A stretch of DNA of 64,000 nt from the NCBI GenBank assembly GCA_041752695.1, contig JBGSVZ010000019.1:43401-107400 (forward strand), given 5' to 3'. Both the position numbers and the translations under genes were made by a program. The stretch is from Terrimicrobiaceae bacterium. Lineage in GTDB: Bacteria; Verrucomicrobiota; Verrucomicrobiia; Chthoniobacterales; Terrimicrobiaceae. Below, one piece after another: positions 48,495 to 57,670 of this stretch (position 1 is the first letter of the stretch; every line of letters begins with the position of its first letter). Under the pieces are notes generated by a model, which saw only the letters and a list, made by a program, of their open reading frames with translations, was not told the origin of the DNA and did no database searches.

Positions 48495-48968
48495 TCATGA
48501 CTCGTTGGAAATGAACCAAAACTGGACGTGGCGCGCTTGCCAGTTGACCGCCAAGATAAATTCCGAAGCGGCGTAGAAAACATAGCCTTTGCGTTGGAGC
48601 TTGGCGTGATTGGCGGTGATACGATCGAGCTGGGGAGCGGGCGAGGCCTCCAGGCTGGCCCGGAAGGAATGGTCGTCATCTTTCCGAAAACGAAACGACC
48701 CGATTCCCGTGTTGTCTTCGGGATCACGAACCTCAAAAATGGCGTAGGCCGAATCGGGCAACACCGTGGAGATCCATCCGCGCCCGACGTCGCCCGACCG
48801 GGCCTCGCTGGCTGTCGCGTAACTGCTGCGCACGGACGAATCGCACCCTGCCACGAACAAGAGGTTCGCGCTGAGAAAGAAGGAAAAAAACGAACATCCC
48901 AGACGCCATCCATTCCGGCGACCCATGAAGAATCCGCGGAAACCTTCCGCGTCTGGCAATGCGGTCAT
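48495..48968 (-). CDS. Hypothetical lipoprotein
   Basis: ATGA overlap with upstream stop; lipobox FVAG-C; GWISTVLPDSA..I.E.RD motif; alternative start 48926. Confidence 0.6.
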   Translation of the reverse strand: MTALPDAEGFRGFFMGRRNGWRLGCSFFSFFLSANLLFVAGCDSSVRSSYATASEARSGDVGRGWISTVLPDSAYAIFEVRDPEDNTGIGSFRFRKDDDHSFRASLEASPAPQLDRITANHAKLQRKGYVFYAASEFILAVNWQARHVQFWFISNES

Positions 48969-49297
48969 GGGTAATCCGGCGTAAAGTTTTGCTGTTTTAG
49001 CCAAGCCCCAAATTCGCGGCGGACCGACTGGAGTTCGCCGGAGGACAGGGGCAAACGCTCCGGGTAGATCCAATTCTCCAGTCCTTCCGGCCAGACCAGC
49101 ATGTCATAGGGGGCAACCCCGGCCATCTCGACATAAACTTCCAGCACCCTCTCGCCCGACCGGAAATAGATGAAGCCGGAACGACCAACGGGGCGAAACG
49201 TGAAGCCCGGTGCCAGCGTGGAGGCCGCCTCGGAGCGACGGTGTGCGCGGGCTTCTCGAACTGCCGATGCTCGTTCCTGGTCTTCTTCGCTGGACAT
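48965..49297 (-). CDS. Small hypothetical protein, immunity-protein-like
   Basis: 110 aa, GRSGFIYFRSGERVLEVYVE...W...LSSGELQSV; operonic position. Confidence 0.6.
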   Translation of the reverse strand: MSSEEDQERASAVREARAHRRSEAASTLAPGFTFRPVGRSGFIYFRSGERVLEVYVEMAGVAPYDMLVWPEGLENWIYPERLPLSSGELQSVRREFGAWLKQQNFTPDYP

Positions 49298-49318
49298 CTC
49301 AAAGGACTCCGCGCGTCT

Positions 49319-50653
49319 TTATTCGTAGCGGAGCGCACCGATCGGATCGAGGCGCGAGGCGCGGATGGCGGGGTAGATGCCGGAAACAATGCCGGCGAGG
49401 ATGGCAAAAACGACGCTGATCACGACGGAACTCATGGTCATGAGGGGAGGATTCTCGCTCGGGGCGACGACCGCAAGGATCTGGATAAGCGCAGCGCCCG
49501 CGGCGATGCCAATGAGACCGCCGATAAAAGCGACCGAGACGCTTTCGACCAGAATCTGGAGAAAGATATCCCGGCCCTTGGCGCCGACCGCAAGGCGGAT
49601 TCCAATCTCGCGGACACGCTCGGTGATGCTGGCGAGCATAATATTTGTAATGCCGATGCCCCCGACGACGAGGCTAATGACGGCAATAAGTCCACCGCTC
49701 AGCCGGGTGGCGGATATGCTGGCTTCCATGCGGTCGAACCATTCTTCGCGCGTCTCGAGTTCGTAATCGTCCACCCCCCGGTGGGTGACGTCGAGGGCAC
49801 GGCGGACTTGGTCGAGGGTCTCCCGGAAAAAGTCGAGGTTGTTGACGCGCAGCGACATGCTCTCGAGGCGGACGGATTCCAGGGAGTCATTAGGGAACTG
49901 GCCCGACTTAAACTCGTAAAACATGGTGGTAAGCGGAATAAGGACGGATTCGTTTTTCTGGCGAAAAGGATCCCAGCGTCCGGACTGGCGCCCGCGAACG
50001 GGGGCGACCCCGCGATGTTTCTGGTTCGCAGCCATGATGGCGCGCATGCGTTTATCCTGTTCGCGTTCGTAGCGGGTAAAGACGCCGACAACTTGAAAGG
50101 GCGATTGGTTAACGGTGAGAACACGCCCGACGATGTCCTTGGGTTCGGTATTGGGCCAGAGGCGGCGGGCGATTTCATCGCCGAGGACCACGCTGTGGGT
50201 GGCCTGGTCGATGTCCAGCGGGGTGAGGAACCGGCCGGCCGCCATCTCGTGGCGGGCAACAACGTAATGGTCGGGCCAGACGCCGCGGACGCCTTTGCGG
50301 TCGGAGAAAAAAGGGCTGGCAACGAGCGCACCCTGCGACATTTCCGGGGAGACGTGGGAGACATTGGGGACGGAAGCCAGGATGGCGCGTGCATCCATGA
50401 GCGTGCGCCCGGGAGAAAGGTTCCAAAACTCAAACATGGCGTTGGAAATTTCCTTGTTCTGAACGTTGACAAACTCCAGTCCGCCGATCTGCTGCATGAA
50501 GGTGCGGGTGCCTTTTTCAATCCCGGCGGTCAAAGCCATGGTGGCGATGAGGCTGCTCACGCCAAGGACGATGCCGAGCATGGAAAGGATGCTGCGGAAT
50601 TTATGCGCCAGAATCTCCCGCAAACCAGTCTCGAGACAGATGAGGAGGTTCAT
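49319..50653 (-). CDS. MacB-like ABC permease
   Basis: HKFRSILSMLGIVLGV, ISLVVGGIGITNIMLASITERVREIGIRLAVGA, YPAIRASRLDPIGALRYE. Confidence 0.93.
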   Translation of the reverse strand: MNLLICLETGLREILAHKFRSILSMLGIVLGVSSLIATMALTAGIEKGTRTFMQQIGGLEFVNVQNKEISNAMFEFWNLSPGRTLMDARAILASVPNVSHVSPEMSQGALVASPFFSDRKGVRGVWPDHYVVARHEMAAGRFLTPLDIDQATHSVVLGDEIARRLWPNTEPKDIVGRVLTVNQSPFQVVGVFTRYEREQDKRMRAIMAANQKHRGVAPVRGRQSGRWDPFRQKNESVLIPLTTMFYEFKSGQFPNDSLESVRLESMSLRVNNLDFFRETLDQVRRALDVTHRGVDDYELETREEWFDRMEASISATRLSGGLIAVISLVVGGIGITNIMLASITERVREIGIRLAVGAKGRDIFLQILVESVSVAFIGGLIGIAAGAALIQILAVVAPSENPPLMTMSSVVISVVFAILAGIVSGIYPAIRASRLDPIGALRYE

Positions 50654-51330
50654 GGCGCGTATTCGCGACGGATGAGGCCGTCGCGGATTTCGATGACACG
50701 TTTCGTGACGGCCGCGACGTCGGGGTCGTGGGTGACGAGGATGACCGTTTTTCCGTCGCGGTTGAGTTGCCGGAACATTTCCAAAATCATCTCACCGGTG
50801 GTGCTGTCGAGGTTGCCGGTGGGTTCGTCGCCAAAGAGGATGCGTGGGCGATTGACGAGGGCGCGCCCGATGGCGACCCGCTGGCATTGGCCACCGCTAA
50901 GCTGGGTGGGGCGGTTGCCCAGGCGTTCGCCCAGGCCAACGGATTTAGCAACCTCAATGGCACGCTCGCGGCGTTCCGTGCGGGATATGCCCGAGTAGAT
51001 GAGGGGAAGCTCAATGTTACGGACAACGTCGAGTTTCGGGAGGAGATTAAACGCCTGGAAAACGAAGCCGAGATCGCGGTTGCGGACTTCGGCGAGTTTG
51101 TCGGCGGAGGCGGAACTCACATCGTGGCCGCAGATTTCCATGCGTCCGGTGGTGGGAGTATCAAGGCAGCCCAGCAGGTGCATGAGGGTGGATTTGCCGC
51201 TCCCGCTGGGTCCGGTGATGGCGACGAACTCGCCTTCCTCAATGCGCAGGGAGACCCCATCAAGCGCGCGGATGACCTGGTCGCCGATGTGATAGGACTT
51301 TTTGACGTTTTCGAGAAAAACGAGGGACAT
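50650..51330 (-). CDS. ABC transporter ATP-binding protein (MacB/LolD type)
   Basis: GPSGSGKST, GFVFQAFNL, LSGGQCQRV, DEPTGNLD, VTHD. Confidence 0.95.
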   Translation of the reverse strand: MSLVFLENVKKSYHIGDQVIRALDGVSLRIEEGEFVAITGPSGSGKSTLMHLLGCLDTPTTGRMEICGHDVSSASADKLAEVRNRDLGFVFQAFNLLPKLDVVRNIELPLIYSGISRTERRERAIEVAKSVGLGERLGNRPTQLSGGQCQRVAIGRALVNRPRILFGDEPTGNLDSTTGEMILEMFRQLNRDGKTVILVTHDPDVAAVTKRVIEIRDGLIRREYAP

Positions 51331-51338
51331 CAGGGAAG

Positions 51339-51422
51339 GGTCATTGGTCAATGGTCATTAGTCACTCGGGGGACGCCATCGCACTTTTTCATCCAATGAC
51401 TAATAACAAATGACCATTGACC
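51339..51422. repeat. Inverted pair of heptamer tandem arrays in an intra-operon spacer
   Basis: Left GGTCATT GGTCAAT GGTCATT AGTCACT (51339-66); right AATGACT AATAACA AATGACC ATTGACC (51395-422) is its approximate reverse complement. Confidence 0.8.
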
Positions 51423-51424
51423 AC

Positions 51425-52513
51425 CTACGACTTCGTCGGCGTGAGGGTGGGCTCGGTGAGGAGGATCTCCTCGCCGGCATCGACGCCGGATTTGATTTCG
51501 ACGAAAGAGAGGTTATTGACGCCGACCGTGACGCGGCGTTTTTCGGTGGAGCCGCCCTTGCGGACGTAAACGACGTTTTGTTTACTGTCTTTGAAGACAG
51601 CACTCACTGGCACACTGACGGCCTGGTCGGCTTTACCCACAGGGACGTTCATGCTGACGGACATGCCGGGTTTGAGGCGGCCGTTGTCGTCCTCGATGAG
51701 GGCGTGGACTTCGAAGCCCTTGATGTTGTTCTTCACGAGGGCAAGGGGCGCGATGAACTCAATGCGGGCCTTCACCGGTTCGTCGGAGGAGTCCGACATA
51801 TTGACCTCCACGATCTGGCCTTTCGTGAGGCGGGGTGCGTCCACCTGGTTGACGTGGGAGTAGATCAGAAGCTGGGAGAGATCGGCAAAGTCCATCAGGA
51901 TGGTGCCGGAGTTCACGCTGGCGGCGGCGACGACCACGGTTCCTTCGTTGACCATGATGTCGAGCACGGTGCCGTCGGCGGGGGCGGTGATGGAGGTTTT
52001 GCTGAGCCGGTCTTTGACAATCTGGAGGCGGCTCTCCGCTTTCTGGAGCGTGTTTTTCGAGATGTTGAGGTCCGACTCCAGATTGGCGAAAACTTCTTTG
52101 CTAATGAGCTTTTGCCCAAAGAGAGCGCGGGCACGTTCGTAATTTCCGAGGTTTTTTTCCACGGCGATGCGGGCGCCTTCGATTTCGGTCTCCGCGGCCG
52201 CCATTTCGGTGCGAAGATCGCGGTCGTCAATCGTGACAAGAAGATCGCCTTTGGAAACGGCCTGGCCGACCTGTACGTGGATCTTGGCAATTTTTCCCCC
52301 GACTTCTCCTTTGATATCGTAGCGAAAACCTGGGGTCACTTCGCCAGTGAGGAGGAGGCTCGACTCAATGTCGCGGCGTTCGGCCATGGCGACCATCTCG
52401 GCGGCGGCATCGGCACCGGCGGGTGCGGCCCATTTCTGGCGAGCCCACCATCCCGCGCCGGCCAAGCCGCCGATCAGGAAAAGAACAACGAACCAGCGGA
52501 AAAACGTTTTCAC
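51425..52513 (-). CDS. Efflux periplasmic adaptor (MacA-like)
   Basis: N-terminal TM, GEVGGKIAKIHVQVGQAVSKGDLL, ITAPADGTV, LKPGMSV, VPVSAV. Confidence 0.92.
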   Translation of the reverse strand: MKTFFRWFVVLFLIGGLAGAGWWARQKWAAPAGADAAAEMVAMAERRDIESSLLLTGEVTPGFRYDIKGEVGGKIAKIHVQVGQAVSKGDLLVTIDDRDLRTEMAAAETEIEGARIAVEKNLGNYERARALFGQKLISKEVFANLESDLNISKNTLQKAESRLQIVKDRLSKTSITAPADGTVLDIMVNEGTVVVAAASVNSGTILMDFADLSQLLIYSHVNQVDAPRLTKGQIVEVNMSDSSDEPVKARIEFIAPLALVKNNIKGFEVHALIEDDNGRLKPGMSVSMNVPVGKADQAVSVPVSAVFKDSKQNVVYVRKGGSTEKRRVTVGVNNLSFVEIKSGVDAGEEILLTEPTLTPTKS

Positions 52514-53682
52514 GGGATGGAAGAATCCTCTCCGAAAAAGAGGGCGCAGGAGGCGGCGTACGAGTGGATGTAATTGCGTCCGCCAAGCGGGGCGACCTCG
52601 CCATTGCCGAAAAATCCGGCACTGGCATGGGTGCCGACAATTTCTTCGAGGAGGCTGGCGTCGTGGCTTTTGCTCCCGAAGAGGCCGGTGCCGCGTCCCG
52701 CGCAGGCAAAAAGCAGAGAGGCCACAGGGGGCCGACCGGATTCGAGGGCGGCATGGCGCAGGGCGGACCGCCAGTCGGCATCCGCGGAGGATTTGTCGCG
52801 GAGTTGGTATTGGAGCGTCTGTCCCACGCGGGGGAACCCTCCGATCACCACCGCTCCGGAGTTGGGGTCCGCGCCGAGGATGTTGCGGATAAGAAAGTCT
52901 CCGGATTTAAAATCTTCGACGTATTCGGTGCCGGCGAGGCCCGCGAAAAGGTTGCCCTTGGCGGTGGCTTTCTCGCCATCGGTCAGGCCTTCGAAAGCGG
53001 ACTCCAGGGCCTCGTAAGCCGGACGGGTGCCGAGCGAATAGACGACATTATTTTCGACTTTCGTCACGGTGAGGGGTTCGCCAATGGGACGGCACCCCTG
53101 GCTCACAACGGGAAGAATTTTCATGCCGGTGACGGAGATCGCCAGCGCATCCACGAGGCGCCCGTTGTAAAAGACCCCGACCCCGTCGCCATCGGCAGAA
53201 CCACTGGCCAGGCCGCCGACAGAGGGGACCGCGGGATAGGCGGCGTTCCATTCCGCCAGCCAGCCTTCCGCGTCGAAGGTGAAGGGGTTTGCCAGAATGA
53301 TCCAGGCGGGTGCCTTCCCGATTCCGGACCGCTTGCGCCAGCTCTCGGGACCCGTGGAATCGTCCAGCATCTGCTGAGAAAGGGTGACAATGTGAAACCC
53401 GTTCGAAGGAATACCGGGGGCGAGCAGACTGAATCCCGCTTCATCCTCCTTCTCCTCGCCATCGCGGATGAGACCAAGTCCGGTGGCACCGACGAGTTCC
53501 ACCGCGTGGCCATCCACGCGGACGATCTCGCTGAATTCTTCGATATGGGGCAGGTAATCGGGCGTGACGAACGCAAAAACGAGCGCAGCCGCTCCTCCCG
53601 TGGATTGCCGAAGCTCCAGGGCAGCGGCCGCGACATCCTGCGGGGAATAGGCCCCTTTGCGATGCACGCTGGCACTTTTCAT
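52510..53682 (-). CDS. FIST signal transduction domain protein
   Basis: GGLASG, VVSQGCRPIG, FLIRNILGADP, LLFACAGRG, GFFGNGEVAP, IHSYAA. Confidence 0.9.
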   Translation of the reverse strand: MKSASVHRKGAYSPQDVAAAALELRQSTGGAAALVFAFVTPDYLPHIEEFSEIVRVDGHAVELVGATGLGLIRDGEEKEDEAGFSLLAPGIPSNGFHIVTLSQQMLDDSTGPESWRKRSGIGKAPAWIILANPFTFDAEGWLAEWNAAYPAVPSVGGLASGSADGDGVGVFYNGRLVDALAISVTGMKILPVVSQGCRPIGEPLTVTKVENNVVYSLGTRPAYEALESAFEGLTDGEKATAKGNLFAGLAGTEYVEDFKSGDFLIRNILGADPNSGAVVIGGFPRVGQTLQYQLRDKSSADADWRSALRHAALESGRPPVASLLFACAGRGTGLFGSKSHDASLLEEIVGTHASAGFFGNGEVAPLGGRNYIHSYAASCALFFGEDSSIP

Positions 53683-53803
53683 ACAGGGATTTTCCCGTGT
53701 CACGCCGGGATGTCAACTGCAGGGAATGCCGAAGCGCAGATTGGCAGTGAATCGGCTTTTCCTTGCGACCGCGGGCCAGGTGAGGTTCCATCGAAGAAAC
53801 CTC

Positions 53804-54469
53804 ATGCGCGCCATCTCCCTTTTGCTCGTCGCGTTGTTCATCGCCCTTGGCACCGGTCGGGCCGATCTGCCCGAAACCGCCCGGGGACTGGCCATTTACA
53901 AACCGGCCGCTTTCCGGCCCGATTCCACCGCGACACTTCTGGAATATCGCAGCCAGAAAAATCACGAGGCGGTGACGTATTTTGTCACGGTGAAAGGCCG
54001 CCGTCTCACCGTTCCTGCTGGAAAAGCCGAGGTCCTTTTTCTCCCCTATCCAGGCAAAGGCGAGGCGACGACGGCCCAGGCCTTTGCGCTACTGGAGATT
54101 GCCCGCCAGCGGTTCCCGCAGTTTCAAGTCCACTACATCCTCTACGCCCGCGCCTGGCGCGAGGAAGCCAAACGTCCCGCCAATGTGATCGCCGCGGAAG
54201 TGGCCCAGCGACGGGCCAATGAAGCGGCTGCCAGCGGTTTTGCGGTCTGGGTGAAAAGCCTCTTTCCCCAGCAGGCACCGCCGGAACTGCCCCAGAATCC
54301 CCTGGGCCCCACCGTCCTGAATCCAGCGCCGACACCCCTTCCAGTAACCGACGAAACCGCCGGTAGCGAAACCACCGAGTCCGACGGCGAAACTCTGGAC
54401 CTCGAGGGAAGCCTGAAAAAGATCCAGGAATTTTACCGGCTTTCCGAGCAACTTAACGAAAGCCCTTAA
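53804..54469 (+). CDS. Hypothetical secreted protein
   Basis: Signal-like MRAISLLLVALFIALGTGRA; Pro-rich linker near C-terminus. Confidence 0.6.
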   Translation: MRAISLLLVALFIALGTGRADLPETARGLAIYKPAAFRPDSTATLLEYRSQKNHEAVTYFVTVKGRRLTVPAGKAEVLFLPYPGKGEATTAQAFALLEIARQRFPQFQVHYILYARAWREEAKRPANVIAAEVAQRRANEAAASGFAVWVKSLFPQQAPPELPQNPLGPTVLNPAPTPLPVTDETAGSETTESDGETLDLEGSLKKIQEFYRLSEQLNESP

Positions 54470-54474
54470 GCAAG

Positions 54475-54641
54475 TGGTCGTTGGGAAGCTTCCAGGAGAA
54501 AAGGCCTCCCAACCCTAGCGCCGATCGATTCAGGCCCGCGCGGGGGCGGGAAATGCAGGCCGCCGCAACGAGTGCTGCGACGACCTGCGTGTTCCCCCCA
54601 GAACACGCGGCAGACTTTGCCGGAGATTTGCCAACCCGCCA
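54475..54641 (-). ncRNA. Candidate structured intergenic RNA
   Basis: Consecutive hairpins between convergent genes; the 15-bp stem GCAGGUCGUCGCAGC/GUUGCGGCGGCCUGC pairs fully (with G-U) only on the minus strand. Confidence 0.35.
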
Positions 54642-54678
54642 GTGACGAATTCGCACAATTTCGTCACAATCCGCGGAA

Positions 54679-56220
54679 TCAATCCCAGTGGATTTTTTCC
54701 AAATTGACGCCACGGGTCTCCACCTGAAACCGCCAGGTGATCAGAGCGCCGAGGAGGGACGCTCCGACGAGTCCGTAGAGCAGGGCGGCCGTCCCGATTT
54801 GATTGAGCAGAATGGGAAAAAAGAACGCAGTGAGCACTGCCCCCACCTTGGCGAAAGACGCCGCAAAACCCGCGCCTAGGCCACGGATTTTAGTGGGAAA
54901 AACCTCCCCGGCCAGCAGGTAGGTCATGGCATTTGGGCCCATATTGGTCATGAAATTAAAGAGCATAAATCCGGCAAAGATGAGGACGATCTGCGCCGTG
55001 CCGGTGGCGTAGGTGGAAAATGCCGCCAGCAGCAACCCGGCGGCGCAGCCTAGGAAGCCCAGCACCTGCAGCCGGATGCGGCCCACTTTGTCCGCCAGCA
55101 GGATGGCGGCGGCGATTCCGACAATGAGGAGCACATCCACAATGGCCGCCCCTTTGGCCGCTTCCATGTCGCCGTGAATCACGGCCGCCAACGAACCGGG
55201 GTGTTCGTTGGTCACTCCAATGGTGGCCGCCAGGATTGTTGGGGTGAAGATGCCAATCCCATAGGTGCCGAGGTCCTGCAGGAACCAAGGCACGGCCGCC
55301 AGAATGGTGGCGCGGCGGTTTTTTTCCTTGGCGAAAAGTTTGCCGAAGCCGGGATGTTTTTCCGGTCCGGTGGACTCGGCTTTCTTCAACTGCACCTTGC
55401 CGGGATAGACGGGTTGGCGGCGCAGGAGCTTCTCGGTCTCACGTTCGGCTTCGGGGACCCGGCCCTGACTGACCAGCCAATGACCGCTCTGCGGCACAAA
55501 AAACCGTCCCACCACCACGGCGAGCGCAGGCAGGATCGCCACCCCATACATCCAGCGCCAGTCCGTCAGAGACTCGCTGGATTTGAGGAGAAAAAATCCC
55601 AACGCCGTCCCGGCCAGCGCCCCCACAGCCTGAAAGCCAAATGCGCTCAAAACCAGCCGCCCCCGATACTGGCTCGGGATGCTTTCCGAGATAACAAGAT
55701 GCGCCGTCGGGTAGTCACACCCGAGCGCCAGCCCCATGCCGAAGAGACAGACCACCAACCAGATGAACCCGGGACTCACCGCGACGAGCGTGAGAAATGT
55801 CGTGAACAAAATCATCTCGACGATGAACAACAACTTGCGACCAAAAACATCCGACAACCCGCCCAGCGCCGTCGCGCCGACGAGGATGCCGGCAAGACTC
55901 GCGGCGCCGATCATACCTTTCTGCGTCGCATCGAGACCAAACTCCATGGAAATCAGGGGCAGCGCCACTCCGGTCATAAAAACCACCATGCCCTCGAAAA
56001 ATTTGCCCGCCGTGGCCAGCCACCAGATTCGCCACTGCATGGCCGTCATCGGCGCATCCGCCACCCGGGTGCCGTCGGCCCACTCCGGCGTTTCGTCGAT
56101 GTATTCCTGGACGGTTTTTTGCGGAGGTTCAGTCATGGCGGAGCCTGAAAGGTCGGCGACGGCAGCATCAGTGGATGCCAGTACAGCTGGCACGGCAAGC
56201 CCGGTGAGCGAATTTTTCAC
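54679..56220 (-). CDS. MFS transporter related to phosphate:H+ symporters; start may be 56136
   Basis: GGLSDVFGRK, LGCDYPTAHLVISE (cf. GGDYPLSATIxSE of PHO84/Pht1), ADKVGR, NMGPNAMTYLLAGEVFPTKIRG. Confidence 0.8.
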   Translation of the reverse strand: MKNSLTGLAVPAVLASTDAAVADLSGSAMTEPPQKTVQEYIDETPEWADGTRVADAPMTAMQWRIWWLATAGKFFEGMVVFMTGVALPLISMEFGLDATQKGMIGAASLAGILVGATALGGLSDVFGRKLLFIVEMILFTTFLTLVAVSPGFIWLVVCLFGMGLALGCDYPTAHLVISESIPSQYRGRLVLSAFGFQAVGALAGTALGFFLLKSSESLTDWRWMYGVAILPALAVVVGRFFVPQSGHWLVSQGRVPEAERETEKLLRRQPVYPGKVQLKKAESTGPEKHPGFGKLFAKEKNRRATILAAVPWFLQDLGTYGIGIFTPTILAATIGVTNEHPGSLAAVIHGDMEAAKGAAIVDVLLIVGIAAAILLADKVGRIRLQVLGFLGCAAGLLLAAFSTYATGTAQIVLIFAGFMLFNFMTNMGPNAMTYLLAGEVFPTKIRGLGAGFAASFAKVGAVLTAFFFPILLNQIGTAALLYGLVGASLLGALITWRFQVETRGVNLEKIHWD

Positions 56221-56278
56221 GACGGAGACGGATTTCGCCCATTGAACTCCCGCCGCGGCAAAAAAACCAACGGGAAGT

Positions 56279-56300
56279 TTGTCACAAGGTTGTCACAAGA
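56279..56300. promoter_or_regulatory. PhoB/OmpR-type direct repeat (PHO-box-like)
   Basis: TTGTCACAAGG-TTGTCACAAGA, 11-bp period, in the divergent promoter region. Confidence 0.6.
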
Positions 56301-56348
56301 AACACATTTCGCGGACGCGCGGCGCGGTCAAGGTTCGCCCACCCGACC

Positions 56349-56870
56349 ATGATCGCCGCCCTTACTCCCAAACCGCAGCTTGTCACCCGCCGCCTGGGCA
56401 ACCTGGCCGCCATTCAAAATCCCGCGGTGCACACCGTGATTTGGAGCCGCACCCTGCCCAAGGACAATGCCGCCGACATCGCCACCGCGACCGCCGTCAG
56501 CCGGACTCCCTTCGATTTTTTCAGCCTGACCAACGATCCGTTCGACCGCATCCAGCACCAGCTGCGCAAGGCCGGAATCGGCTCCCATTTTCTTGCCTGC
56601 GACCTCGCCCTGTTGATCACGGTCTTCGGGGAAATCACGGGCGCGAGCCGGGTCCGCGCGAGGCTGGGATCCGGACCAGGCTCCGGCGCTCCGGCGTCAG
56701 CGGAATTTCATCTCGTCGCCGCCTATGGATATTCCCGCCGCGCGTCCTCTCGTTTCACCAGCTATGTGGCCCTCTTTCGCCGCAGCTGGTCGCAAGATCA
56801 CCCCCTGGCCAACCCGTCGTCGGGACTCTGGCTAACCCTCGACCCCGCTCCCGAGCTCGTGGCCCGTTAG
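56349..56870 (+). CDS. DUF1826-like hypothetical protein (divergent)
   Basis: LAAIQNPAVHTVIWSRTL, DLALLITVFGEITG..VRARL, EFH. Confidence 0.5.
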   Translation: MIAALTPKPQLVTRRLGNLAAIQNPAVHTVIWSRTLPKDNAADIATATAVSRTPFDFFSLTNDPFDRIQHQLRKAGIGSHFLACDLALLITVFGEITGASRVRARLGSGPGSGAPASAEFHLVAAYGYSRRASSRFTSYVALFRRSWSQDHPLANPSSGLWLTLDPAPELVAR

Positions 56871-57670
56871 TTATCCGCCCGGAGATGCTCGCGCAGCCAG
56901 CCCGGGCGGTTTGTCGTGATACCGTCCACGCCCGACAGGGCGAGTCTGTGTGCCTCGGCGGGATCATCCACTGTCCAAATGTAGAGAGACAATCCGGCCG
57001 CATGCACCTGGCGGACGAAGGCGGGATCGATGGGCCATTTGCGACTGAGGTTTATTCCATCAAGACGGGCGGCTTGGGCACTGCGGATCAAGGCACCCAA
57101 ATCGCCCTGCGGTTTGCGCGGTTCATAGGAAGCGAGCCGGAGGACCTGGCAGGCAGGCAGGGCATGTTTGGCCGCCGCCGCCACCCCGGGATCAAAGGCG
57201 ATCACGACAAATTGTTTCAGCGCACGCCCCGACTCTGCCAACACCCTTGCGAGGAGGGGCACCGTTTCCGGACCGGTCTTGATCTCAATAATCAAACGCC
57301 CTCGCTCCGGCAAAATGGAGAGAATGTCCTCGAGCAGCGGGATCGTTTCTCCGGCAAAATGCCTGCCCTTCCACGATCCGGCGTCCCGCGTCTGCGCCTC
57401 CGCCGCCGTCAGGCGCGAAATACTCCCCCGCCGCCCCGTGGTCCGGTTGGTGGTGGCATCATGCATCACCATCAAGCGGCCATCCGCGCTGATGCGAATG
57501 TCAATTTCGACCGCGTCCGCTCCCTGCTCCCAGCCCAGCTTCGCCGCCGCCAGGGTATTTTCTGGCGCATCAAAAGACGCCCCCCGATGAGCGATGATTT
57601 CCACGGCAGAAAGAGAGGATGACATGAGCAGCGCCTGAAAAAGAATCCACCGGATCCGACGGACTTTCAT
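56867..57670 (-). CDS. Glycerophosphodiester phosphodiesterase (secreted)
   Basis: IIAHRGASFDAPENT, EIDI, VMHD, IEIK, WTVDD, GVDGITTNRP; signal-like N-terminus. Confidence 0.92.
   Translation of the reverse strand: MKVRRIRWILFQALLMSSSLSAVEIIAHRGASFDAPENTLAAAKLGWEQGADAVEIDIRISADGRLMVMHDATTNRTTGRRGSISRLTAAEAQTRDAGSWKGRHFAGETIPLLEDILSILPERGRLIIEIKTGPETVPLLARVLAESGRALKQFVVIAFDPGVAAAAKHALPACQVLRLASYEPRKPQGDLGALIRSAQAARLDGINLSRKWPIDPAFVRQVHAAGLSLYIWTVDDPAEAHRLALSGVDGITTNRPGWLREHLRADN

Noticed and set aside
49241..54222. Long plus-strand ORFs (585, 387, 599 aa)
   Set aside because: Shadows of the well-supported minus-strand ABC, adaptor and FIST genes
54545..54641. tRNA-like cloverleaf ending in CCA on the plus strand
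   Set aside because: No T-loop (GTTCRA) or D-loop consensus, and pairing favours the minus strand
56168..56242. 24-codon upstream ORF (MGEIRLRREKF...) before the MFS gene
   Set aside because: No leader-peptide hallmarks and it overlaps the possible GTG start; unsupported
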